Of a stretch of 64,000 bases of DNA, positions 42,917-53,779 are shown in pieces. The stretch is taken from the NCBI RefSeq assembly GCF_964355755.1, contig NC_092679.1, positions 12,073,432 to 12,137,431 on the forward strand. The letters are read 5' to 3'. The notes beneath the pieces are model-generated. The model ran no database searches. It saw nothing but the letters and a program-made list of their open reading frames with translations, and had not been told where the DNA came from. Origin of the DNA: Antedon mediterranea (taxonomy: Eukaryota > Animalia > Echinodermata). The stretch's first letter is position 1. Each line of letters starts with the position of its first letter. A program made the position numbers and the translations under genes.

Positions 42917-44491
42917 AATAAGAAAAATGACTGCTTGTCAAAGCTCAGGTACAGGCATGAATTTTAAATATAATATTTGGTTAATTGTACATTAATGAAA
43001 TATTTGTAACAGAAATCGAGACGAAAAAACATGAATTTCCCTTAATATGGTCAAATACAAAATTTGGCAAAATTCTTCCATAAAAACCAGGAAGACTTTT
43101 TTCAGTAGTTAGGTAGTTAACTTAATGTAAAAACATGTCTGGTGACTCCCTAGACGGTGAAAAAAGATGGTGGATATACGGTGGATAATTTTTGCTATAG
43201 CATGAAAATAAAAATCTCAAGTTGAATAAAAATATCAGAAATGTAATATTCAAGTTGTATTACCTATATTTGGTCATCTGATAACATTTTTTACCACACC
43301 ATTTATTTTTCATAGCTTTTTAAAATGCCTCTCTATTTACAAAATTTGTGTACAAAAGAATAGAGATTTTACTGTGTAATTTGAACTATCCCCCCACTGA
43401 TATGAAAGTGCTTATTTTCAACAAGCTCGTGTAACACAAATAAAATCCCTAAAATTATGAAACATAGGGGAAACTATAGATCGATAATTATTGGAATGTA
43501 TGATCAATAGAAATTTGTTGCCCGCACCTGGCCTTTAAACTTCTGATATAAACCAATGATATGACCTCTCCCACTTCAATCACCAGACAACAATCCAAAA
43601 ATGTTACCATTGCTCTCATCTAATACTTTCTTCTCGCATGTTAATTCCTTATCTTTGTTCGTCAGCAGAACATATCCTGACCTGCACAAAAACAAACAAA
43701 CAAAAATCAGTGGATGGCACCAGTGTTACATAGCCTGAGGAATGGTTTCTGTAGGTCACTCCCTGAAATATAAACATGCTTCTGTTCCTTTGAGGAATGG
43801 TTCCTGTCCACTCTTGAAATTATAAAAGCGATGTGATTTCCATATGATGGTGTATACCGCAGGGTTGACTTTTGTAATACATTTATTAAGGACCTCTACC
43901 TCATGACTAAGGGCATCATAAAAATCTTCTGCTCTTTTTTTTTGTTAATTTTCTTTACTATAGGCTACTGTGGGTCCAAATAGGTGTGGGAACCAGTTGT
44001 AACATGAGGTTTTGTATGTACTGTATTGTCCCCTTTTCCCTGTATAGTAGTTCACTCTTGGTAATATAAACAGCGATGTGATTTCCAAATGCACTGACGT
44101 TACTTACTCATTTACTAATGCTGGAATTTCTTAAATTGTAACTATTTTTTTGTTCAACAAAAAATTTTGCAGGATGATGCGGATGTTCCTCGGAAAGGTG
44201 AGCCAACTGCAGGACCGAGCACCCTGGTTGCACTTGAACGCACCAAGGTCTTCAGGCACCCCACCCAACCTCAAATCCATCTCACCGGAGGCGATGTAGC
44301 TCCTCTACAGACAGATAAGAAGGAGGATCGCAGAAAATGCCACCCACAAACCAACCGGCTGGTTTGACTCATAGAACTTCTCTGAGTGCTGCACACTTCA
44401 GATGAGAGCGCAGCCGATCAAGATGAAAATGAGAGTCGAAAGCTCTTGGCTTCTTGTACGCCGTCTTCTTGACCTTTATGGACTTAAAGTT

Positions 44492-45190
44492 TCATGTTTC
44501 AATTTTAAATGCTGGACACTTGCCACCCATAATATCCAGTAAATTCACACAAAATATCACACTCATCAAACAAGACAAAAAGATCAATATCACCTGCCAC
44601 TTACCCGAACCAGTCTTAAAATATATTTTGTAGTTGTCCCTGGAAACCATTGTTCTCTGGGGTCTTATTATCCCATTTCCCAGAGGTTTCATCTCCCGGT
44701 TGTTTTTAATAGTTGCAGGGATATTTTGATCTGCTACAGGTTTGGAAAAAGAAAGTACTACTTGAAAAGTGATATCTATATCATCGATAAATTCAACAAC
44801 CTCGGATCCATCAATATATTTGAAAGCATTATAGGCATTTTAAGGTCCATGTTTGAATGTTTGGTCATGTTGCTTGTTCTGTTGTCTGTTGGGTTCTGCG
44901 AAAAACTCCTTCTATATCTGTCGAAGATTCAACTGGTTTTATATAATAATCTGCTTGAATTCCTGTGTGGTTAAAATCTTCAGCATTTTATCCAGAGTCC
45001 GATTATCCTCTTCGTATAATATCTCATGGCTTTTGTTGACGTTTTTATTGTTTTTATTAGGTGGTAACGAATAATACCATCTTCAACATCACCAAAGTTG
45101 CAAGTTTCTGCTATAATTTTCGTAGAGCAGTCAGTTGGTTTGCTGTCTCACCATTGTGTTCTGTTGTAGAACTTGTCACTCTAAAATGTC
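44492..45190 (-). pseudogene. Gypsy-type LTR retrotransposon gag/protease relic
   Basis: Frameshifted minus-strand translation KFYNRTQ-GETANQLTALRKL-AETCNFGDVEDGIIRYHL...LYEEDNRTLDKMLKI (gag-like), then AFKIET*, resembling a decayed FKIDTG protease motif. Confidence 0.55.
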
Positions 45191-45196
45191 TGTTTC

Positions 45197-45508
45197 TTTT
45201 GTGAACAGTTGGATCTCCTGATTTTTTTCCCTGGCCGTATACTCGACGGGTAGCTTCCAGTAAGTTTTCGAAACTGTTCATGATTTAATTGAATAACACG
45301 GTATGGCGTTGGTTGTTGTCAATTCTCCATGACAACAACGTAATCTCGCGGGGTAAAGATGTCGCCTACAATTTTACGCTCAATCGTTGCATGCATGCTG
45401 TCCACCTCCATTTGTGTATGTTCCGCGACAAGATATTTTTGTGTTATTTTATTTTATTTTTTTTCCATCGCCAACTGCAGATATGCATTAGCGACAGCTG
45501 CATTGCGA
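45197..45508 (-). pseudogene. Sola1-like transposase pseudogene, C-terminal fragment
   Basis: RNAAVANAYLQLAM...ITQKYLVAEHTQMEVDSMHATIERKIVGDIFTPRDY...*...PYRVIQLNHEQF...SIRPGKK/GDPTV; GHTQMExDSxH..IE-type motif; contains a stop and frameshifts. Confidence 0.7.
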
Positions 45509-45671
45509 TAGTCTGGGAGCCCAGAAGGTTTTAATTAGCAATTTGAGTACAAAAGGTTTGAGGTGTGGAGTGTGTAGATATGGTCTATGTGACCCAGAAA
45601 TGGCAATTCTTAAGTGACGGGTCCTGTTCAATTTTAGGGGGGAGCCACCCAAATGACCCCTAAAATTGAAT

Positions 45672-46360
45672 TTAATTAGCATATCGAGTACATCGATCAA
45701 ACCAATCCTAAAATGTTCTCCTAACTATCAGGAATCAAGATCCATAATTCTTAAGTGACCATTCCTGTGCTAAATTAACTTAAGAACGCACTTAATTAGT
45801 GCTAATTAGACATTTAATTAGCATTTTGAGTACATCAACGAAATTCACATGACATATACTTATGAACATACTGATTAAGGATTCATCATTCTTAAGTTTG
45901 AAATCCGGGGCCAAATCCACTTAAGAATGGGTCAAAGGTTAAAATAATTAAAATTTAAATTTAATTAGCATATCGAGTACATCGACCAAACCAATTCTAA
46001 AATGTTCTCTGACCTATCAGGAACCAAGATCCATAATTCTTATGTGACCATTCCTGTGCTAAATTAACTTAAGAACGCACTTAATTAGTGCTAATTAGAC
46101 ATTTAATTAGCATTTTGAGTACATCAACGAAATTCACATGACATATACTTATGAACATACTGATTAAGGATTCATCATTCTTAAGTTTGAAATCCGGGGC
46201 CAAATCCACTTAAGAATGGGTCAAAGGTTAAAATAATTAAAATTCAAATTTAATTAGAATATTGACCAAACCAATTCTAAAATGTTCTCTGACCTATTAG
46301 AAACCAAGATCCATTCCTGTGCTAAATTAACTTAAGAATGCACTTAATTAGTGCTAATTA
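45672..46360. repeat. 289-bp tandem units in the left TIR (2 full + 1 partial)
   Basis: ttaattagcatatcgag at 45672 and 45961; degenerate copy at 46250. Confidence 0.9.
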
Positions 46361-46790
46361 GACATTTAATTAACATTTTGAGAAATTATGAACATACTCA
46401 AAGAACATTAGTTCACTTAAGAATGGGTAAAATATCAAATAGAGTATCTCTGATATATTCAGATCCAAAACCAAATGTGATTTGTGGGCTGTCTGGAATT
46501 AGGACAGGTCCTTTGCATCATCATATTTTATCTTATTGTTTAAGTGAATGTCTCTGGAATATATCAGATACAGGAATTTGTCTCCATGGATACATCTATC
46601 TAGGCTTGGGTGTCCAGCAGGAATTCCATCCCCATGTGCTATTCCATTATTTCAAAATCATTGAACCAACATTACCATTTGCTGATTTTACTCTATAGTA
46701 TAGATTAGTAGAGTTAACACAACAGGATCATCTTTTCTCAGTATTATAATTGCTATATGTTTATGTTGTGCGTGAAGACATCTAATTGTA

Positions 46791-49700
46791 ATGGAAAGCT
46801 TTACGGACCCAGATCAGACTCTTGAAAGTAGTGCTGAAACTCAGATGAAATCGTCCAACGTTTGCATTCTCCACATTGAAAAGCCCAAGCAAAAGTCAAA
46901 GTGGGGAAATATCCTCTCGTTCAGTGATAAACATTGGAAAGCGGTTTTACTGGCAGCAGAAAGTAGACGTAAAAAGCGTAATTTTGTGGAATCTGTATAT
47001 CACAAAATTGTGCAAAAATTACCGACATCTCCTGACGAAAATGAAGGTTATCATGTGATGTGTTACAAGAATTTTACTGCTATACCGTCAGAAACTGCAT
47101 CCACGGATAAGGCACCACATACACACAAGTTAGGAAGCACTGCTGAGAGTCCACATTTACGTTCAGCTACACCCGAAAGCGATAGGTCGCTGTCATCAAC
47201 ATCTGGTATTTTCCCTCCTCAATGTATATTTTGTGGAAATGCAAGAAAACGCAAGAAAGGTCAGTATGAAGTAGCTGGTAGTTGTGAGACAATTGAAGCT
47301 GGTCAGAGCATCCATGAGGCAGCTTCTGCTTTAAATGATTCCAAACTGTTATCCAAAATAAGTGGTATTGACTTAGTAGCCAAAGAAGCAAAATATCACC
47401 ACTCTTGTAAAAGTGCATATTTGATGTCGGCCAAAAGGGTTTCAAGTCAGAGTGAATTGGATTCAAATGAGTCATCCAAACTAACCATGATACAAAATAT
47501 CCATAACTATGTAGAAAAAGCAATCATCTGCAACAAAAGACCTGAGCTTTTGACATCAGTGTATGCCAGATATACTGATATGTGTACACTTTCTGAAACA
47601 ACACCCATAAATAGTGCACAGAGTCTTATGCGTAATTTGATAAACAAATTTGGTAAGAAACTACGTTTCCACACAGAAACAAAGAAACTGGGAATTATTA
47701 TTTACAATTCTGACACTGCCGATAAATCTGTACGTGTTGCATATGACTATGCATCGGATGATGAACACATTGTTACCAAGGCAGCTTTTCTACTTCGTAA
47801 AAACATATTTGGCATTCAAAAGAAAGACCTTCCTGAAAATCCTACCCTGGATGATTTAAAGGAAGGGGATGCTTTTCCCCCCAAGTTGTTATCCACATTT
47901 TTCACTGCATTGTACAGCGGAGCAGAACAAACTAAGTGTTCTGAGCAGGTGAAGCGACGTGTTAAATCATCTTGTGATGATGCACTTTTCATTGTCAAAA
48001 GAGGTAAAGTGAAACCAGCAAAGCAAGTGGCATTGGGTATGGCTGTAAAGACTGTTACAGGTAGCAAAAAGTTAGTACAGGTTCTAAATAGGTTTGGACA
48101 TAGCCTAAATTACAACTGCCTTGAAGAACTTGAAACAAATACGGCTGAGAAAATACAAGAGAGGATGCTGGCATGCCCCATTGGAACCGTTAAACACATA
48201 CCAATGGGACTTGCATTTGATAATTTTGATGAAATGACTCAGACACTTTCGGGTGCCAACACACTTCATGACACAATGGGAATACTATACCAAAATATAT
48301 CAGACGAGCAAGAAACTAATGAAACAAATGTCACAGAAGGCCATTCCTGTGTAACTAACAAACAACAGAAAGGTAGAAAGCGATCACTAGCGCCACAGAT
48401 GTCTGCTCTAGAGCCATATCGTAAGAAACCAAAAATGACCGTATTTAACTACAATGTTACAGATATTTCTAGTCTCCCTGATGTCAGCGCAGTGGCATGG
48501 AATATGGACTTCCTTTGGGTGTTAAAACATGCCTTGAAAGAGAATTACATTCCTATGTGGGTCGGTTACAATGCTGCATCATATCAAGACAATTTGCCAA
48601 AACAGGCAGTTCTATATATGCCAAATTTGCAACAACCAATCACTAGGTTAGATGTCATACAAGAGACACTCTTGATAACCCAAAGATGCACTAATGAATG
48701 TGAGCAGAAATTCGGAATCGTGACTTACGATTTAAATGCAGCAAAGCCAGCTATGCAAATACAAGCAACAGAAAAACCAAGGTTTGATGACATATTTATC
48801 ATGTTAGGTGCTTTCCATGTGGAAATGGCCTTTTTTAAAGCTGTTGGAAAGCTTCTTTCTAATTCAGGAGGTCCTGATATGCTTACCAATACTGATGTGC
48901 TTGCTCCCGGGTCACTTAACGGTTTTCTAAGTGGAAAACATTTCAATAGATGTAAACGTTTACACCCCATATTGGCTCTTGCTTTTGAAATTCTACATTT
49001 TCGGGAATTCAGGAAAGACTATAGCAACAGAGAACAGCTAACGGAATTAACCAATGAACCAAGTCATGAAGAAGCCATCAACTCCGCTACATTTAGTCAT
49101 GCATGTACAGCATACAAACAGTTTGCAGATTTGACACGTTCGGGAGCACATGGATTCACTGCTCAATTTTGGCTTATGTACATTGACTACATCCATAGCT
49201 ATCATAACCTAGAGAGGTCAATCCGAACCAATAACATCAGTCTTTACATCTACTCTCTTACTCCCATTATTGGTCTGTTTTTTGCCACAAATCACATCAA
49301 CTATGCACGATGGTTAACAAAATTCCAACTCGATCTCGCCAATATTGATAACTCGCATCCTGGACTCCGGAGTATATTAGAGAAAGGTGCATTCAGTATC
49401 CGGCGTACAGACAATGCTTTTAGTCGAATACCAGTAGATCTGACACTTGAGCAAACAGTAAATGCCGATGCTGCTTCTAGACTTAGTGGAATAACATCTG
49501 CAACTAACAACTATGGTGCTCGTCTACGATGGATGATTACAAGATCCACCCGTGCGTCATTTGTTAGCATTGTTCATGAAATGGCAGGACTGCTTTCAAA
49601 AGACGACATTGCTTCAGAGATTAAACCTGCACGAATACATCGTGACAACCGGGATCTAACTGCTGTAATAAAACACATAGAGGATACACATAATCCTTTT

Positions 49701-51443
49701 GATAGAGTGATAGACACATCTACTAAACTATTTAATATCAACACAGGCAAAGCCGTCAGTACTGTGGTAAAGGAAAGCTTACTGAACATACCTCAATGCG
49801 GACAGTCTAGACATCAGGAGTTTGTACAGTCTTGTGTCAAAGATCCTAGCAGATTTGAGCAAAGAATAAAGAAGACGCCAATAAAGACATTTGCATATGA
49901 TTGTGCCAGCAACAAGAGCACAAAAGATAAACGCATAGCAGAGCTCAAGTGTAGCAGAGATCTAATGGGTCGACTAGTGTTGTTAGCGACCAAACGCAAC
50001 CTTGACATGCCATATATATTTAGCTACCCCTTGACGCCTGTTCCGCTTTCTCTTTGTAATGCAGATGGAACTATGACCAAAACACCAAAAAGTTCACTGC
50101 TTGGTGTACTTGAGTCAAAAGTGAAAGATGGGAATATTAATCCTCAACATCCATGTGCCTACATAATAGATGGCCAATTCTTATTACATACGTTACCACC
50201 ATACATTCCACCAAACTATGGAGGACTAGCCAGAAGTGTGTTGATTCAGGCTTTATCAGCAAACACACAAACCAAGGAAGTCCACCTGCTCTTTGATGAT
50301 TATCCACAACCATCACTGAAAGATTTTGAGAGAGGTAGAAGAGGAGTTGAAGAAAGAGAGTATCTAATAACAGGACCAGAACAAGTTAGACCAAAACATA
50401 TCAATGATGCCTTGAAATCCAGATCATTTAAATCTCAATTGCCTCAATTTCTCGCAAAAGAATGGCAGGACCAGACTTATGCTGACATATTCCGGGATAA
50501 AAAGGTGTTTCTTGATGTACCTGGAGAGTGCTACCTTTTTCGAGTTGTTGATGGTGTAGTTACTCGAGAAGATGTTGCAGCCCTCAGAAGCAACCATGAA
50601 GAAGCAGATACCAAAATATGTCTGCATGCTAAGTTTATTGAAAGTATTGGTCTGAGAGGAGATATAGTCATACGAGCATCGGACACCGACATAGCAGTTA
50701 TAATGTTGTATCATTGCAATAAGTTTGCCTCTAAATTGTGGATGGATGTTGGTATATCTGCTAAAAATAGTCGTAGATACATCTGTTTGTCGAGTATACA
50801 TCAGATACTTGGTTTGCAGTTATGTTTATCACTACCAGCATTTCATGCTTTTACTGGGTGTGATTATACATCTTCATTTGTACGGAAAGGCAAAGTGCAA
50901 CCATTTGCTAAACTGTTGAAGAATATTGAAGCCCAAAAAGCATTCAATGAAATTACATGTGAAGGTTCATTAAGTGGAGATGCACAAACTACTCTTCAAA
51001 AGTTTACCGCTCAAGTATATGGTGCCAAAAACTCATATAAAGGCACACTGAATGAATTCCGGTACAGCATATTTGAACGAGGCTATAGTCCAAGTGCAAC
51101 GTCAAAGAATCCACTTGAGAAACTGAAAGGCATTAATGCAAGTGTCATTCCACCATGCGAAGCTGAACTTAATTGCCATATTAAACGTGTATCTTTCATT
51201 GCTAAAATGTGGGCAGATGCTGACCAGACAACAATCCAACAACATCCAATTATTTCAAATGGCTGGGACTTTCAAAGTGGTCTTTATCAACCTATTTGGC
51301 ATGAAGGGGCTCAGCTTCCAGATTCATTAATTCCAGAGAATAAAGACATAGATTCAGATTCAGATGATGATGACGAGGAGGATGATATGACTGTATCATC
51401 AGATGATGAATCTGCATCAGAGAATGAAGATGATCAACAGTAA
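46791..51443 (+). CDS. AcademX transposase fused to an XPG/FEN1-like (PIN-fold, H3TH) nuclease, 1550 aa
   Basis: Uninterrupted intronless ORF. N-terminal C/H motifs (YHVMCYKNF; CIFC...KYHHSC); putative DDE residues in AFDNFDE, VTYDLN and LTLEQTVN, with LGAFH and GKHFNRCKRLH; nuclease motifs YIIDG, LFDDY..SLKDFER..R, HEEADTK, SDTDI, HAFTGCDYTSSF..KGK; acidic C-terminal tail. Confidence 0.88.
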   Translation: MESFTDPDQTLESSAETQMKSSNVCILHIEKPKQKSKWGNILSFSDKHWKAVLLAAESRRKKRNFVESVYHKIVQKLPTSPDENEGYHVMCYKNFTAIPSETASTDKAPHTHKLGSTAESPHLRSATPESDRSLSSTSGIFPPQCIFCGNARKRKKGQYEVAGSCETIEAGQSIHEAASALNDSKLLSKISGIDLVAKEAKYHHSCKSAYLMSAKRVSSQSELDSNESSKLTMIQNIHNYVEKAIICNKRPELLTSVYARYTDMCTLSETTPINSAQSLMRNLINKFGKKLRFHTETKKLGIIIYNSDTADKSVRVAYDYASDDEHIVTKAAFLLRKNIFGIQKKDLPENPTLDDLKEGDAFPPKLLSTFFTALYSGAEQTKCSEQVKRRVKSSCDDALFIVKRGKVKPAKQVALGMAVKTVTGSKKLVQVLNRFGHSLNYNCLEELETNTAEKIQERMLACPIGTVKHIPMGLAFDNFDEMTQTLSGANTLHDTMGILYQNISDEQETNETNVTEGHSCVTNKQQKGRKRSLAPQMSALEPYRKKPKMTVFNYNVTDISSLPDVSAVAWNMDFLWVLKHALKENYIPMWVGYNAASYQDNLPKQAVLYMPNLQQPITRLDVIQETLLITQRCTNECEQKFGIVTYDLNAAKPAMQIQATEKPRFDDIFIMLGAFHVEMAFFKAVGKLLSNSGGPDMLTNTDVLAPGSLNGFLSGKHFNRCKRLHPILALAFEILHFREFRKDYSNREQLTELTNEPSHEEAINSATFSHACTAYKQFADLTRSGAHGFTAQFWLMYIDYIHSYHNLERSIRTNNISLYIYSLTPIIGLFFATNHINYARWLTKFQLDLANIDNSHPGLRSILEKGAFSIRRTDNAFSRIPVDLTLEQTVNADAASRLSGITSATNNYGARLRWMITRSTRASFVSIVHEMAGLLSKDDIASEIKPARIHRDNRDLTAVIKHIEDTHNPFDRVIDTSTKLFNINTGKAVSTVVKESLLNIPQCGQSRHQEFVQSCVKDPSRFEQRIKKTPIKTFAYDCASNKSTKDKRIAELKCSRDLMGRLVLLATKRNLDMPYIFSYPLTPVPLSLCNADGTMTKTPKSSLLGVLESKVKDGNINPQHPCAYIIDGQFLLHTLPPYIPPNYGGLARSVLIQALSANTQTKEVHLLFDDYPQPSLKDFERGRRGVEEREYLITGPEQVRPKHINDALKSRSFKSQLPQFLAKEWQDQTYADIFRDKKVFLDVPGECYLFRVVDGVVTREDVAALRSNHEEADTKICLHAKFIESIGLRGDIVIRASDTDIAVIMLYHCNKFASKLWMDVGISAKNSRRYICLSSIHQILGLQLCLSLPAFHAFTGCDYTSSFVRKGKVQPFAKLLKNIEAQKAFNEITCEGSLSGDAQTTLQKFTAQVYGAKNSYKGTLNEFRYSIFERGYSPSATSKNPLEKLKGINASVIPPCEAELNCHIKRVSFIAKMWADADQTTIQQHPIISNGWDFQSGLYQPIWHEGAQLPDSLIPENKDIDSDSDDDDEEDDMTVSSDDESASENEDDQQ

Positions 51444-51634
51444 TGTTATTACAATATCGACACTAGAAGAAAAAAACTGTTGTTGTGGATTTTATCTGAA
51501 GTTTATGTAGACTTTTATGATAGATTTTTTTACATTTTGACATTTAGTGAAATATTCATTTAGAGAAATATTCTTAAGTGGATTTTGTGATATACCAAAT
51601 AAAGAAACCGTATTCAAACAATCCAGTCAAGTGT

Positions 51635-52627
51635 AATTAAGTGCGTTCTTAAGTTAATTTAGCACAGGAATGGTCACTTAAGAACTATGGATCTTGGTTC
51701 CTGATAGATCAGAGAACATTTTAGAATTGGTTTGGTCGATGTACTCGATATGCTAATTAAATTTGAATTTTAATTATTTTAACCTTTGACCCATTCTTAA
51801 GTGGATTTGGCCCCGGATTTCAAACTTAAGAATGATGAATCCTTAATCAGAATGTTCATAAGTATATGCCATGTGAATTTCGTTGATGTACTCAAAATGC
51901 TAATTAAATGTCTAATTAGCACTAATTAAGTGCGTTCTTAAGTTAATTTAGCACAGGAATGGTCACTTAAGAATTATGGATCTTGGTTCCTGATAGGTCA
52001 GAGAACATTTTAGAATTGGTTTGGTCGATGTACTCGATATGCTAATTAAATTTAAATTTTAATTATTTTAACCTTTGACCCATTCTTAAGTGGATTTGGC
52101 CCCGGATTTCAAACTTAAGAATGATGAATCCTTAATCAGAATGTTCATAAGTATATGCCATGTGAATTTCGTTGATGTACTCAAAATGCTAATTAAATGT
52201 CTAATTAGCACTAATTAAGTGCGTTCTTAAGTTAATTTAGCACAGGAATGGTCACTTAAGAATTATGGATCTTGGTTCCTGATAGGTCAGAGAACATTTT
52301 AGAATTGGTTTGGTCGATGTACTCGATATGCTAATTAAATTTAAATTTTAATTATTTTAACCTTTGACCCATTCTTAAGTGGATTTTGCCCCGGATTTCA
52401 AACTTAAGAATGATGAATCCTTAATCAGTATGTTCATAAGTATATGTCATGTGAATTTCGTTGATGTACTCAAAATGCTAATTAAATGTCTAATTAGCAC
52501 TAATTAAGTGCGTTCTTAAGTTAATTTAGCACAGGAATGGTCACTTAAGAATTATGGATCTTGATTCCTGATAGTTAGGAGAACATTTTAGGATTGGTTT
52601 GATCGATGTACTCGATATGCTAATTAA
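51635..52627. repeat. 289-bp tandem units in the right TIR (3 full + 1 partial)
   Basis: ctcgatatgctaattaa ends at 51760, 52049, 52338 and 52627 (spacing 289). Confidence 0.9.
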
Positions 52628-52790
52628 ATTCAATTTTAGGGGTCATTTGGGTGGCTCCCCCCTAAAATTGAACAGGACCCGTCACTTAAGAATTGCCATT
52701 TCTGGGTCCCATAGACCATATCTACACACTCCACACCTCAAACCTTTTGTACTCAAATTGCTAATTAAAACCTTCTGGGCTCCCAGACTA

Positions 52791-53450
52791 TTGGGTTTTC
52801 CTCAATTACTTTGTTGAAGTGAGGGTATTGTGCACTTGTAGTTTTGTTTTGTAGTACATGGTACTGGCTTGTCAGAGGACATAACAGACCAGCCTGTAAA
52901 TCCATGGTCTACACAGACACCTCATCACTTGCACTATCTTGCACCTCAGACTTTTCTTTTCTGGCTTAGTTTTTACTCAAAATATGAGCCTCATGCTTAG
53001 CAGCATCAATTATGTTCCCGTGTTTTGCACTAATGCAAACATCGCACTGGTCCTTCCTCGGTATGAAAACAGACAGGTTTTGTTCATGAAACATTTGAGT
53101 AAATCGTGTTTGGCACACGGCTCGATACCCACCATTCTCTGCAGAAGATTTATACTCTGGGTAAAAATATTTTTTATTTCTGTAAGTGGAACTGTTTCTA
53201 CAATAATTTGATGGTACTGACGGTAGACCATTTAGCCACTTCCTAATGCGTGGTTCCCACTAGCGACGCAACGCAAGGACGTAACGCAACGCAAGTGAAT
53301 TGACCAATCACAAGCAATGGCTTATTCGCTTGTGATTGCTAACTGTCTATAACTTCGCTTGTCATTGGTTAAAACGCTTGCGTTGCGTTTACGTCCTTGC
53401 GTTACGTTCTAGTGGGAACCAAGCTTAAGGTAATCCACGTCTCTCGTTTC
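52791..53450 (-). pseudogene. Sola1-like transposase pseudogene, N-terminal/central fragment (interrupted by a MITE)
   Basis: ETRDVDYL|RKWLNGLPSVPSNYCRNS...FIPRKDQCDVC...*TMDLQAGLLCP...MYYKTKLQVHN...HFNKVIEENP; the frame is restored across the 53247 MITE when one TAA is removed. Confidence 0.75.
53247..53425. mobile_element. PIF/Harbinger-like MITE
   Basis: TAA|tgcgtggttcccactag...ctagtgggaaccaagct|TAA; inverted copy of 14299-14477. Confidence 0.85.
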
Positions 53451-53548
53451 TACATACGCAATCTTTCCTATAGATAAAAACCAAAGCAGGGTAAGTATTT
53501 GAATAATAGTGAAAAGATGCTATTTGCATAGCATTATACATTGTTTGA

Positions 53549-53779
53549 GGAGTTAGCTGAGTGATTAGGACACTTGACTGTCATACAGATAGACCCGGGT
53601 TCAATTCCCGACAACTCCCAGATCACTCAGCTGTAAATGAGTACCTAGTTGAAAATACTAGGGAGAAAAAAGGCGGCGTGGAAAGGAACTGGCCACCCTA
53701 CCACATAATGCTGAGGCGTATTACAATGAGCTCCTAACAGCTCATTTTCCTACGTTCAGAGAACACGGGACTCACCTTT
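53549..53779 (+). mobile_element. tRNA(Asp)-derived SINE, copy 2
   Basis: Highly similar to 36604-36846; flanking duplication ttatacattgtt. Confidence 0.85.

Larger units (their letters stand above)
45509..52790 (+). mobile_element. Autonomous Academ (AcademX-type) DNA transposon, 7282 bp
   Basis: 5'-TAGTCTGGGAGCCCAGAAGG...CCTTCTGGGCTCCCAGACTA-3' termini (TAG...CTA); near-identical long TIRs (left ~45509-46360, right ~51635-52790); single large transposase-XPG ORF. Confidence 0.88.

Noticed and set aside
44167-44390. GC-richer plus-strand segment after a good acceptor (ttttgcag)
   Set aside because: Could be a terminal exon or a retroelement integrase tail; no diagnostic motif, so left uncalled.
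45488-45700. Duplicated 70-aa ORF (also 52599-52817)
   Set aside because: Mirror translations of the Academ TIRs; no coding signal.
46876-51330. Small overlapping ORFs inside the Academ ORF (possible second gene)
   Set aside because: Short alternate-frame or antisense ORFs with no motifs, as expected by chance within a 4.6-kb CDS.
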